This document shows positions 38,163-51,408 of a DNA stretch of 64,000 bases, piece by piece. The DNA lies in assembly GCF_009834535.1 (NCBI RefSeq), contig NC_045697.1, forward strand, positions 1 to 64,000, given 5' to 3'. The stretch comes from Camelus ferus. Lineage: Eukaryota. The first letter of the stretch is position 1; the number at the start of each line of letters is the position of its first letter. Made by a program: the position numbers and the translations under genes. The notes beneath the pieces were generated by a model. The model saw only the letters and a list, made by a program, of their open reading frames with translations. It was not told the origin of the DNA and did not search any database.

Positions 38163-39113
38163 ATGTTTCGGTGGGATGCCCGATGCACTGATGGGTAGTG
38201 AAACATACACAGGACTACTGTTAGTGTTAATTTCTTTTTTCATAGGAGATGTATAAGTTGATCATCTCAAAATTTTGGATAGGATATTCAAAGTCCAAGG
38301 AAGGAGACTGTTAGGAGGATTGTTTGAATGATAACATTGGCTGTATGTAATTTGTCTGTATATAATTCTATTATCTAGGGATTTGAAATGCTCCTAAAAG
38401 TAAATTATGAAAATATTTATTATCATGATATAGACCTAACCTGCTATAAAGGCCAGAGAAAATAGACCTGCTACATACTCTACATTGAAGCTGGATACAA
38501 CTTTGGAGTCTCCTTCTGTTAAGTCCAATGGAGCTCCGTTGATTTCTGCTACAGTAGAGGTAAATAAAAATCTGACTAGGAGTTGGGAGGGGGAAATTAA
38601 TCAGATATTCTTGTGTAATAACTGAGAGTATAAATGATCTATTTATCAGTAGGAATGATAAACCAATAACTGCTAGTTTACTTCACATGAGATTGTCTGT
38701 GCTGCTGCCCACAGAGCTCCGGTGAGTGTGTGTTTTTAATATGAAGGTAATGCAGATCAGGGGGTGGAATACATGTCTAGGCTTCATACAGCCAGTATGA
38801 GAAGTATGCCTAGGTTCACATGAGCAGACAGTGGGTAAGGAATGAGAAGAGGAGCTCCTAATGTGGAAGCCATGGTTAAGGCCAGCATTGGTGCAACTAT
38901 ATGTATATAATGTACACTGATGTATTATATATAATTTAACACTATATATAATATAATATATATGTGTAAATTGATGTATTATGTATAATTTAACACTATA
39001 TATGTTTGGGCCTCTCCAAATTTCCAGAACCTAGGACTTCCTTCAAATAATATGAGAAGTGAAACATCGATTAAAACTGTAATCATTGGTAAAGGAATGC
39101 AGATTATAAACCT
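38163..39113 (-). pseudogene. NUMT ND1 remnant
   Basis: The reverse complement has gcagaaatcaacggagctccattggacttaacagaaggagac (AETNRAPFDLTEGE-like) and gatgatcaacttatacatctcctatgaaaaaa (YDQLMHLLWKN-like). Confidence 0.9.
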
Positions 39114-39115
39114 AT

Positions 39116-40179
39116 TCTTAGGAAGAGGACTTAGGCTTCAGGAAATAAAGGTTTTGGTTTGATGCAATTGCTGAGCTCTGCTACCCTAACAAACCATGTT
39201 CTACAGTAGAGTATGTCAAAATTATTTAAATTGTATTGTATCACCAATTAGTTTGAAGGTGCTTTTGTAAAGCGACCCTTAACTCCCCTGTCCTCTCAGA
39301 CTGGGACAAATGTGTAATAAATAGAAACCAATCGGGATCACTCCAGCCTGAACTCACATCTCACAGAACTCTAACCATTGAATGAACCACTTACAGCAGT
39401 GACAACATTGGGATATTCTGATCCAATTCTGAGGCTGTAAACCCTATTGTTGAAGTGAACTCTAAATTTGGATTGAACTGTTATCCCTGGAGTGCCTTGT
39501 TCTGTTAATCAATGTATTGGATACAATACATGCTACAGCATTTTGAATAGCTGGTCTAAATGTGAATCACTTGGAGTTTGGAGTTTGTTTTATTCACTGG
39601 GGCCACCACAACCAAAATTTTTAAACCATTAAAAGCTGTGTTATTCCTTAATATTCAGTTCATTACTTTATAGGTTAAACGCCTAAAGCACCATAGGAGC
39701 TTCTCAGTTTATATGGCTCCCACCTCTTATTGGGAAGGTCAATTCCAATGATAAAAAGAGATACTAAAACCTTGTGGGGCCATCCTCCCAACTCCTTATG
39801 TGGAAAACAAATGATTATGCTACCTTGGCAGGGTCGGGAACCACAGCCATTAACCATGCCCGTGGTCAGGCAGTGCCTCTAAGACCAGAAGTGCTAGAGT
39901 TAATCTTCCTGGTAAACAGGCAGGACTTGTGATCACCACGTTCCTTTTACTTTTTTTTTTTAATCTTTCCTAGAAATTCATACCTGTGTTAGATTAAGAA
40001 TTGTTTTTATAAATAATTAAATATTGATTAGGGTTTATTTTACTGTAAATTATCAGTAGCTTATTCATTCTGATATAAGCTTATGCAAGGAGAAATATTT
40101 CCTCCTGCCCATATGAAGAGTACTGCTTTTACTAATTAATAGATTAGCTTCAGTATTAAATTGTGAGGGTTTTCTTTTC

Positions 40180-40212
<33 letters not shown>

Positions 40213-40822
40213 TTTTTTGCTATTGGTATTGTGATGAGTGTGTTCTTGACCTTGAATACTTGCCCTTTTTTAGGGGGGTGGCAAATAGGTTTATTTATTT
40301 CTTTAATGGAGGTCCCGGGGATTGAACCCAGGACCTTGTGCATGCTATGCACACACTCTACCACTGAGCTATACCCTCCCAACCTTGAATACTTTCTTAA
40401 AGGGTGGCTGTTTTTAAGCCAACTACAACATTGTTTATACTGATACTCTAGTTTTTATCCTGTAACTAAAAACCTGTGCCTTTTATAAAAAAAAAAAATT
40501 GAAAATTATATTTTAAGTTATATTCTTAATTAATCATTAAAACTGAACTAAAATTCTTTAATGGACAACATGCTGTCAGCAGCCTTGTTAGGGTTACTAC
40601 CTCTACTCATAGATCTTCTATTTTACATATAGATGAGTCTGTTCCACTAAACTGTTCATAATTACCTCATCTGGGTTCAAGGTACTTAACTTATTTCATC
40701 ATTCCCTAATGGTACTTTATGCTACCAGATTTAAATGTCTATTTTCTGTGCATTAGCTGTTAAATGAATCTTTAATTTACTTATGACAGTTAAATTTGGT
40801 GGGAAGCCTCGGCTAGTTTTAG
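39116..40822 (-). pseudogene. NUMT tRNA-Leu(UUR) plus 16S rRNA remnant, interrupted by a SINE
   Basis: Decayed 16S landmarks on the reverse strand: aatagaaaccaatcgggatcactccagcctgaactcacatc, ctgttatccctgg, tgattatgctacctt, ggtaaacaggcagg. Confidence 0.9.
40262..40381 (-). mobile_element. Vic-1-type camelid tRNA-derived SINE with 13-bp TSD
   Basis: Reverse complement gggagggtatagctcagtggtagag...gtcctgggttcaatcccc...aataaataaacct (A and B boxes); flanked by accttgaatactt at 40249-40261 and 40382-40394. Confidence 0.9.
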
Positions 40823-40823
40823 T

Positions 40824-41929
40824 TCAAACTTTCCATGAAGTATGGAATCGACTGGGTGTAAACCAGGTGCTTTTCTTTAAACTACACTTCAATGTATCCA
40901 AGCACACTCTCCAGTGTGCCCACCTTGTAAGGACTCCTCTCCTTTTTAATGTCTACTACTTATTAATGGGTTATGAAAATGTATTGCTATTTGAGAAGGG
41001 TGATGAGTGTGCCTGCTTCATGGCCTGACTGTATTAGGCACTCTTAATTTACAACTAAGTTCTCCTTTGGTATTTCACCATAATTTTGTATATATCATTT
41101 TGTACTCAAGGTAGAAAATGAAACCCTTATCTTCCCACCCCATAGGTTACACCTAGAACTAATGTTTTTATACCTGATCGTTATGATCACTATTGCTCCT
41201 TCTGGGGGTTTGCTGAAGATGCTGGTACACAGACATATGGACTGTGTTCACAAGAGTGGTGAGGTTTGTCAGGTTTTTCATATTATAAACACCATAGGAA
41301 GCACCATGAGTCCTTTTAGTTTTTGGGACTATGCTAGTATTCATTTGGCCAATAATTTTATTATGATTATTTTATTTTGATTTAAAGATAAGTATAGTTG
41401 GATGTCTACCCCCATACTAACACATGGACACTACTCTGAATCTTTAATGACCTGTAATAAGGAATGTTAAAGTCATTTTAGTAGCTCATTTTCACTTTAT
41501 CTATGGCTTTGAACACTGTAGCTAGGACTTACCTTTATTTTGCAATACTCTTTAGCACGCATCACCCTGACTTTCTATTATTTGAGGTTCATGTTATGAC
41601 AGTGGTGCCTGGCATGAAAATTTACCAACCCTAATTAGTTATGGTAACCTAGTCAAACTTTCATTTGTGGCTTAATTTTTCTCAATGCCACTTCCCATAG
41701 GGGCATGGTTCAGTGACGCATTGAAAGATACATCTAGGGTGCTTGATACCTGCACACTTTACTCTTTTAAAATATTTAGAGAGCATTCTCACGGGAATGC
41801 AGAAACTTGCATGTGTAATTTTATTACAAGTTATTAGAAAGGCCAAAATGAATTCTATATATTTATGGAGTTAGTAAACTCGTCCAGGCATTTTCACTGC
41901 CTTGCTTTAATTATTAAATCTACATCGAC
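40824..41929 (-). pseudogene. NUMT tRNA-Val, 12S rRNA and tRNA-Phe remnants
   Basis: tccaagcacactctccagt...cttgtaaggact (12S 3' end), gtgcctggcatgaaaatttaccaacc (12S), caggcattttcactgccttgctt (tRNA-Phe). Confidence 0.9.
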
Positions 41930-42520
41930 ACACTGAGTAGGATTTTCAACATATGAGATCTTTGTATTTAACTGATATCTTGGTATTTGTTATAGCAGTC
42001 CATATTGTGTTAAAATTAGTATTAAAATATATGATATTTCTTTTGAAGACTACTACAGTGTACTGTATTTTTAATTTTGTTCAAAGTAAATAGCAGATCT
42101 AGGGGTATGTCTATCGATATAAGCCTTATATATCTAAACAGTAGATGGATAGAGTTAAAAGGCTACTTTGCAGTTATAGTAACTGGGTGGGTGAAGTAAG
42201 GGCAGTATGTTTGTTAGATGAGTCAGTTGAATCTTACATAGTTACATCCTTTGCCTTGTTTGGTGGGGTTTGGCAAGGTGATAAGGACAGACAAAGTATG
42301 AGATTAAGCAGTAAGCAGAGGGGTAATAAAGCAAGCTATTTACTGATTTGCATGTGGATGTGGATGTGTAATTTCTGAATGTCCTGTGACCACTGACTCA
42401 ATAACACATTATGATGGTCAATGACGTTGGTAAATACTATTCAGTTTAATACAAGCTACAGGTTACTTGACTGTGCTAAGGTCTCTGATGACCATAACTG
42501 AGTCACAGCTTTCCCCCAAC
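41930..42520 (-). pseudogene. NUMT control-region (D-loop) 3' half
   Basis: CSB3-like ttgtttggtggggtttggca (about 42256), CSB1-like atgtcctgtgaccactgactcaata (about 42380), central-domain gaccataactgagtc (about 42490). Confidence 0.85.
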
Positions 42521-45500
42521 AACTATCACTTGGTTCAGCAACTTCCCTCATATATATGCATATATGGCAAAAAATTTAAAACAGGTGTCCAAACAAAAAA
42601 TGCTACACTACACTAATAGTCATGGCAGCATGATATGAAACAGCTCAAAGGTAGAAACTATTCAAATGTCCATCAATGGATGAAAGGATATGCAAAGTAC
42701 AGTGGATTCATAAACTGTCATATAATTCTGCCATTGAAAGAAATACAGTAAAATGGTGCAGCCACTGTGGAAAACAGTATGGTGGTTCCTCAAAAACTCA
42801 AACATAGAGTTAATGTATCATCTGTTGATTCAACTTCTGGGCATAAACCCAAAAGGTTTAAAAGCAGGGACTGAAAAACACATTTCTACAGCCATGTTCA
42901 TACAAGCCCTACTCACACCGGCCAAAAGACGTAAGGAACCCAAGTGTCCATAGATGCATGATTCCATACACAAATGTAGTATATACAGAATTAAGTAAGA
43001 TTCAGCCTTTAAAACAAAGGTAATTCTGACACATGCTACAATGTGGATGGACTTTGAAGTCACTCAAGGGAAACAAACCAAATCAAACCAAAAAGGACAA
43101 ACATTCTGTGATTCTAAGATAAGGTATCCATATAAGTCTAATTCAATAACAAAATGTACAATGTACTTGCCAGGGGTTTAGGAGTTCATGACTAATGGAT
43201 ACAGTTTCACTTGGGGAAACTGAAAAAGTAATGGAGATGAGTGCTGAGGATATTTCTACAACAATGTAAACATAGTTAATATCCAAGAACTATATGACAT
43301 AAATGTAATGAAACTACATACTTAAGGCAATTTAAATGGTAAATGTTATATGGAAAACATTTATTCACAATGAAAAACATGAAGTACTGATATTTGTTAC
43401 AACAGGGATGAACAATGAAAACATCCTAAGAAAAAGAAGCCATACAGATCACACTCATCCTGTGCCCTTTACTTCGGTCAAAGTTGGGAAAATAAGGGAA
43501 AGTCTTGAGAACAGTTCTGGGAAAAAGAAAAAATAAAACATTGGATCGGATTCAGAAAACCCATTGCGATACAGTTGGAGCAGGTGCTGACAGTGGAACT
43601 GAGCCTGTGGACTGCATTATGAAGTGAAAACCATAATGAGTCCTCACTTGGATGTTATGTGGTGACACAGAATGTCTCTATTCAAGGTAAAAACACACTA
43701 GAGATTGTCATGAGAAGTGGCATACGTGCTACATCAGTGATGAGTGAGAAACCTGAGCTTACAGATGAAGAGTACACTGCACTGCTACTGCACATTTTCT
43801 GTATGTTTAAAATTATTGTATGTAAAAAATTATTTAAAAGTAAATAATTTTTTTAAATCAACCATGTTAAAATCATTACAGGAAAGCAGAGAAAACATCA
43901 AACTTCACTACAGAGCCCAAGCCTTCTCCAGTTCCAGTTGATCCAAAAGTTAAGCTGATCACCCTTGCAGAAATCTACATATTATTAAGAGACACCATAA
44001 GATAATGTCATAAGCCACTATGTCTTGGTTGTTGTGAAGGACTTCGATGTGATAAAAAAAAAAAAAAAGTGGCAATTTTGAATTCTACTTTTCCACATCA
44101 ACATACCAAAAAAATGTTAAGAAGTAATAACTAACTTTAGTAAAGCTACATGATATAATATCAATATACAAAAATCAATTGACTTTCTATACACTAATAA
44201 AGAAGTTTCAGAAAGAGAAATTAATAAAGCAATTCCATTTAACAATTGTACCAAAAATAAAATAAAAAAATACCTAGGAATAAAATTAACCAAGGATGTG
44301 AAACGCCTACACAGGGAAAGTTAGAAAACACTGATAAAGAAATTGAAGAGGATGCACACGAAATCAAACTTCTGCATGTGCACTAGAAGAACATTACTAT
44401 AACATTCACGAAGCCTAAGCAGTGTACACATTAATTGCAAACTCTACTAAATGGCATTTTTTTCACAGAAACAGAAAACAAGAAATCCTACCATTTGTAT
44501 GGAACAAAAAAGAACCTGGAGTAGCCTGAGAAACCTCAAGAAGAGAGAACACAGTTGGAGGCATCTCCCTCCCTGGCTTCACACGACATTAGGAAGCTAC
44601 AGTCACCAGCAGAGATACAGTAAGATATTGGCACAAAAACATGCACATGGACCAAAGGAACAGAATAGGGAGCACAGGAATAAATCCATCTTTAGGGTGC
44701 CATTAATTCATGGCAAAAGAGCCAAGAACACTAATTGGGAAAAGGACAGTCCCCTCAATAAACGGTGCCAAGAACTTTGGACACCATACCCCCAAACAAT
44801 GACACCAGACACTATCAACACCTAACAGAAAATCAAGTAAATTTGAAAATTTTCCATATCAAGCCCCTGCTGGATCCTCTGAAAATGGACCTCCTTAGTT
44901 GTAATCACACACAGGAAGCCTCTCCCCACTTTTCCCTCACTTTTTACTCCCACAGTGATGCCTCCTGGTGATTCTTGGAGACGTCTGGCTCCTGTCTGGG
45001 TGGACTTGGCTGGTCGAGTGTTGTCCTGAAGCTGAAGCCACGGTGGGTCCTGAGGAGATCCAGCCTCCACCAGCCCCGCAAGGAGCCAAGTTCCCACAGG
45101 AGCCAAACCCCCCAGTGAGACACGTGCACCTTGAGGGTCAGAGAACAGGTGTGGTGCCACCCGCTGCCCAGCTGGGAACTGCACGCCACAACCACTCAGT
45201 TTTTACCACTCACACCAAGACGCACTCTAAATTGTTCATAGACAATTATAAAATACACATCTGGGATTATCCTAAAAGGAAACCTGTAAGGAAATCAACA
45301 TAACCTTGTCTAGGTGATGAACTTTTACAAAAATCCCCAAGTCTATCCACAGAAGTAAAATTTAAATCATGGAATTTAAAAAATTAAAAATTTAAACTCT
45401 GTTTGTGACCTTATCCAGAAAACCTAAAGACAAGACACATACTGAGAAACATAAATTTACAAAACACATAACTGATTGAGGATTTGGACTCAAATTACAC

Positions 45501-48500
45501 CAAGAACTTTACAACAAACAACCCCAATAAAAACAGGTAAAGATCTTAACAAACACCTCTTCAAAGAAAATACACAGATAGTAAATAAGCATATAAAAAT
45601 GTTCTCAAAAATCATACGCCAGTAGGAAATTGCAAATTAAAACAACGATAATATAACACTGCACACTTATGAGAACCATGAAACTCTAAAAAAATGACAT
45701 TACTTGTGGTTGATGGAAGATGAAGAGAAACAGGAACTCTCCCTCACTGCAAGTGGAATAATTGTGTGGCTACTTTGAAAGACAGTTTGGCAGTTTTTTC
45801 CAAAGCTAGTCAATGCTCAGCCTGAGAATCCAACATTGCACCTCTAGTATTTAGATAATTGCTTTGATAAAGTGTCCAAACAAAAATTAGCATGCAATTA
45901 TTCATAGCAACTCTACTCATAATGGTTAAAAATTTTAAAATATGAGGATGTCTTTCTGTGAATGAATACATAAGCAAGTTGGGGTACACCCATGAAAAGA
46001 GGGCAAATGACACCCTAAATTATATCTCTTTGGCATGAAGATTACAATGGGCAGACTTCTTTAAAAATAAGACACATGAGACTCTATGAAACCCAAGTCA
46101 AGTCTGCCTTTTGTGAGGCAAATTTACATTTATAAGGGAAATCTCCATTTGAAAAGTAATCTCCCTTTCTGTACCAGGAATAAAAGAAAGACTAAATCTC
46201 AGAAAACTTATCAATAGAGAAGGCTAAGATTTAAATCCATATAATGAACATACCCTTCCTTTCTCTTGCTGTTAGAGGAAGATGGCATTTCGGGTGACGT
46301 CGTGGGCCGTCTCAGGGAACTACTCAACTTCCTGGGCACCTCCCAGGCTCAAAGCAGGCACCCAAGTCCTCGAACTTGTTTGTACAACTACGTGAAGGAA
46401 GCTCACACCACAGAAATGTGTGCTTGAAATGATTTCAGTTAAAAGTGTCATATGCATTTTTAATCACAGTGAAAATCATGTAGGAATGTAGAACTGATAC
46501 AACTTACACCATTAACAAACACTGAAAAGATCCCTAGTGAAAAGGGCCGAAGAGAAAAGTTCTCCTGATCACATGGTCACCGTGTGTGCTTCACTTCCAT
46601 CAAGGCTGTCAAAGTGAGAGTCTCAGTAAAAAACCCAGAAACAGAGAACAAGCAGCTGGACCAAGTGGTGACAGCTGAAGGGGACCGGCGGGTCACACAA
46701 TAATGTGGAAGCCATATGACTTCTTCACTGGTGGGTTATATGATGGCTCCTCAGGAGACTATCCCTGTTTGGGCTAAAACACTCTACAGTATTTTGTATA
46801 AAGTGGCAACTGTAAGTAGATTTTACCATCAAAGAAATTACTGGAAAGTCCATTACTTTTCAAAACAACCATATCAATACCACAGCAGAGAAGCTGATAA
46901 GACAGACATCAAACCCTGCTATAGAAGCCAAGACTCACCCAGACCAAGGTCAGCCACAGTTGTGATGCTCATCGCCCTTGTAGGAGTCCACTTGTTATTA
47001 AGAGTCACCGTGGGATGAGTACACCAGGAGCCACCGAGTCTCAGATCCTGTGCACGACCTGGGATGCAGGAGAAACAGTGAGATTTCAAAATTTCAATTT
47101 TCCACAACACTTAACAAACAGTTGTTAAAATAAATAAATTCAGTAAAGTTCAATTTGAAATCAATGTACAAAAATCAGTTGCATTTCTATACGCTAATAA
47201 TAACCCATCAGAAGGAAAATTTAAGGAAACAGTCACATTTATAATTGTACCAAAAAGAAGAAAATAACTAGGAACAAATTTAACCAAGGATGTGAAAGAC
47301 CTATACTCAAAAAACTGTAAACCATTGAGTAAGAAGTTAAAGACACAAATAAACAGAAAAATATTCTGTACTCATGGATTGGAAGAATTACTAGTATTAA
47401 ATTATTGATTCTACCCAAAACTATCAACAAATTCACTGCAACATCAATATAATGTTCAGTGATATGTTTCATTGAAATAGAAATAACAATCCTACTATTA
47501 ATATAGAACAACTAAGGACCCTGAGCTGCCAGAGAAGTTCTGACAAAGGAGGACACAACTGGAGGCATCTCCCTCCCTAGCATCAAACTGTATTACAGAG
47601 CTGTAGTAACCACAACAGTGAGGAACTGGCACAAACACAGACACACGGACGAGGGTAACAGCATAAAGAGCCCAGAAATAAACCCACATGGCTGTGGTCA
47701 GTTAATTCATGAAAATGGGGCCAAGGACATACAAAGAGGGAGGGACACTCCCCTCAATAAACATTGCCAGGAAAATGGGACACCAAGCACCAAAGAACAT
47801 CACTGGTCACCATCTCCATTGCACACAAAACCAACTGAAACCCCAGTTCTCCACATCAACCTCTTTCTGAGGTTCCTCTGAAGACACAACTCCCCTGAGC
47901 AGTCAGCTGCACAGAGAAAGCTTCTCCCCGCTTTGTCTTTTTTTCCTCTTATTGTGCCTTTTCACAGCAATGCCCAAGAAAACTCATCCCATGACAGCAT
48001 GGATACAGCCCCACTGTCTAAAAGATGAAGCCCTGACAGTCCTGAAGAGACCAAGCCCCTGCCAGCTGTGCAAGGGGCCAAGTCCATGGGCAGAATGCAC
48101 CTGTGCCCTGTGGGTCAGAGGTGGATTTGGCACCCCGCTGTGGACCATCAGAAAAGTTCAGGGAATGCTGAGCTCACAAAGCCCAGAGACCTCATCCTGA
48201 ATGCAGTTCTGCTCTATGTAGTGCCTTTGGAAATCCAAACTGAAACACAGCCAAATAGCTCACTATGTTGTCTCAAAAAACTGGTTAAGGAGCAATTAAT
48301 TTAAAAAACATATAGAATGAAGAGAACATAGACACAAACTACAACTGATAGCAAAATTCACTCATGATTGCCCGTAGACAAATTTAAATGGCAAAACTAT
48401 AAAAGTCTTAAAAGGAAAAGGGAGAAAATCTGTAAGACCTTGGGACTGGTGATGAGTTTTAACTCACAACAACAAATGCCTATCTACAGATCAACACAAA

Positions 48501-51065
48501 ATTAATAATGTGGACTTTATAGAAATATAGACATCTACTCTGTGAAAGGTCTTATTCATAAAGGCAAAAGAGAAACCACAAACTAGGAGAAAGTATTTGC
48601 AAAATGCATTTCTGATAAAGGATTTGTACTCAAATTATACCAATAAAATCTAGAACAAACAACCCCATTAAAAGTGGGTACAGACAGAAACAAACATCTG
48701 GCTAAAAAAGGTATACAGATAGAAAATAACCATACAAAAATATATTCAAGATTCTAGTGGAAGACAGATGTGGCCAACTTTGGAAGACAGCCTGGCAGTT
48801 TCTTCCAAAGCCAAACAGTCTCAGCTTAGAATCCAAAAAAATCATCTCTTGAGTTTAGACAACTGCTTTGAAAAACTTTTCAAACAAAAACGAACATCAA
48901 GTAATGCACAGGAGGTCTATGCATAATGGCTTAGAAACTCAAGTGATCAGTACGTCCTAAATTATTTGAGGCCAAGAGTACAACAAGTAGATAGGTTTCT
49001 GGCAGATGTTCTGGATGACTTTATCAGGTCAAAACAGGATTTGATTTCAGGCTGAGATATGATACAATAGGTCACAATTTCTGAATGGGCTCCTGGCTCC
49101 ATTTGACAGAGCTCTCTTATCAATACCAACTCCATGTTGATTTTCCTTCAAAAAGAGAAAGAATCAGTCTGGAGAGGCTACATCTGCACTATGTGACCCA
49201 ATTTATGTGAAATTTGGGGAAAGGGAAAAATAAGATATGGTAAACAGGTCATGCGGGAGTTTTGAAATGTTCCATATGATACTTCATGGTGGACATTTGC
49301 CATTATGCATTTGTCTAAACCCATAGGTTTTTATGACCCAACAAGTCAGTTAAGTGATCCAGTAAGTGGTAGTGTCACAGGATGGAATGCAGGATGTAAC
49401 ACAGGATCTGTGTTAGAAATGTATGAAAACACTGCTGCTGGTGGAGAAGGGGCCAGCCTCAGTAACTGCGGGAATGAACAGAACGTGTAGACTACAGGGA
49501 AAATGTACTGCACGTAAACAGTGGGCTCTGTAAGATCCATCCCACACAGGTAGGAGCTAAGAACGCTGAAACCACTCATCTGGAGCAGAATGAGAAATGA
49601 ACTGGATGGGTGGAAGCTGGTGGGAACCAGGATTCTACTGCCTGACTGGGAGTTACAGATAAGGGGGGGGGGGTGTACACTGTCCATATGATAATGGATC
49701 AAGCTGGAGGCATCAGTATAATACCGTTTTCTGCTTCATATGAATACAGACATTTCCACATATAAATCTTTGTAATTAGGAGTGTATACTATTGGGAAGG
49801 GGGAAATTTCACTCTCTCTCCCTCTTGACTTCTTGTGGCTGGACTACTAATAAAACTAACGCAAGACAGCGCCACAGGAGAAAAAGAAATTTTAATTCCT
49901 ACACACAAAAGTCTCATAGAAATGGGAAGTAAGAGGTAGTGAAAACAGGCAGATTTTATACATCTAGAAAACTATAAATTTATTAGGAATTGACAGCCCA
50001 AAGAAACGTAGCTTTTAGGTACTCAATGAAGAATCTAAACAGAGTTTGGGCTTTGGGTGGTAAATTAAAGAAGCTACAAGTTATGTTTATATGCACCTCT
50101 GAACCTTTCATGTGAGACTTATTTCCTGCTTTTAGGGACATAGAGCGGGGGTCAGAGTGTTCCTCTTGCTTTGGCCATTTCTAAGTAACTTAAATTTAAA
50201 ACACTTTGTGGTTGTGGCAGATGAATGAGGGAAAGTGGTCCCTGAGCAACAACTATACACTAAGGTGGGAACACATGCACACATTTCCTTGCATTATCAG
50301 CTGAGAACATTTTCCTTCCATGTGTAAGTTCTTAATACCATTCTCTAATAAAAGGAATCAGGACTCTTTGAAGAAATGGCTTATACTAGGACTGAGACAG
50401 TCAATATATGAGCCAGGATCATCTTGAATCTTGTATCAGAAAGTAAGGAAGTACCAGAGGAGAAAAAACCCAACATGGAATGATCTCAAAGGAAACAGAG
50501 GCCAGTGAGAGAGTTCTCAGTAGCCAAAGCAGGACTAAACTGAGCAAACAAGCCTGTGGTGCTGGATTATAACCAAAAGGTTAAAGTAACTGTCCAGGCA
50601 TCCACAATGGTGAAGTTAAGTGATGACATAGGTTGTTGGGGTTTTTTTTTAATAAATGGGATTGAATGGAGAACTCCTATGCAGAAGAATTCCTAGCAAT
50701 CCATGGCATCAATCAAGGAGGTGGAGCTAAAGCCCCCTCACCTGAAGTGTAGGTTCCACATGGTGACCTCCTTCTGTTTAGGTCAGAAGCAAAAGAAGTC
50801 CGAGGTCCCACTGCTGGGCATGTATCCAGAGCAAAACTCTAACGTGAAAAGACACATGCACTAACTCGATTTTTTTTTTTTTTACCATAGTGGGCAACAT
50901 TAAATTGGGGGGAAATTGTGTTTTCAACAAGTGGTGCCAGGCAATTGTCTACCGAGTGAAACTTTTTCATTTCTAAGAGAAATGAAATTGGACCCTTGCT
51001 TCAAACCACATGCAAAATTACCTCAAGATACATAAAAAGCTTAAATTTAAAGAGTGGTAAAGTGA

Positions 51066-51408
51066 CAATCAGCCCTCATCTGCTGATTCCACATTTGCCG
51101 AATCAGTCATCTTCAGATAAAAAAAAAATGATAATAATTTGAAAAAGTTCCATAAAGAAAAACTTGAATTTGTGGCATGCCAGAAACTATTTAAATAACA
51201 CTATATTTTCTTCACAATTATTTACATACCATTTACATTGTATTATTTGGTATAAGTGATCTAGAGATGATTTTAAGTATACAGGAAGCTGTGCTTAGAT
51301 TATTTGCCAATACTACATCACTTCATATAGTGGATTTGAGCACCGACAGATATTTAGTATCCACGGGGCATCCTGGAACCCATACCTCACAGATAGGGAG
51401 GGAAGCTG
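51066..51408 (+). mobile_element. MER2/Tigger3-type DNA transposon
   Basis: caatcagccctc...gattccacatt ... gatttgagcacc...tagtatccacgggg.atcctggaacc...cagatagggaggga matches recalled Tigger3a/MER2 ends. Confidence 0.75.

Larger units (their letters stand above)
36066..42520 (-). pseudogene. Large NUMT: D-loop 3' half, F, 12S, V, 16S, L, ND1, I, Q, M, ND2, W, A, N, OL, C, Y, COX1 5' part
   Basis: Mammalian mtDNA gene order is preserved throughout in reverse orientation, with many frameshifts and substitutions. Confidence 0.95.

Noticed and set aside
40300..40381. Nuclear tRNA gene on the - strand
   Set aside because: The tRNA-like head is followed by an AT-rich tail and flanked by a TSD, so it is a SINE.
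36617..41929. Functional tRNA and rRNA genes
   Set aside because: All are decayed mitochondrial-type remnants with broken stems, indels and a SINE insertion; called NUMT pseudogenes instead.
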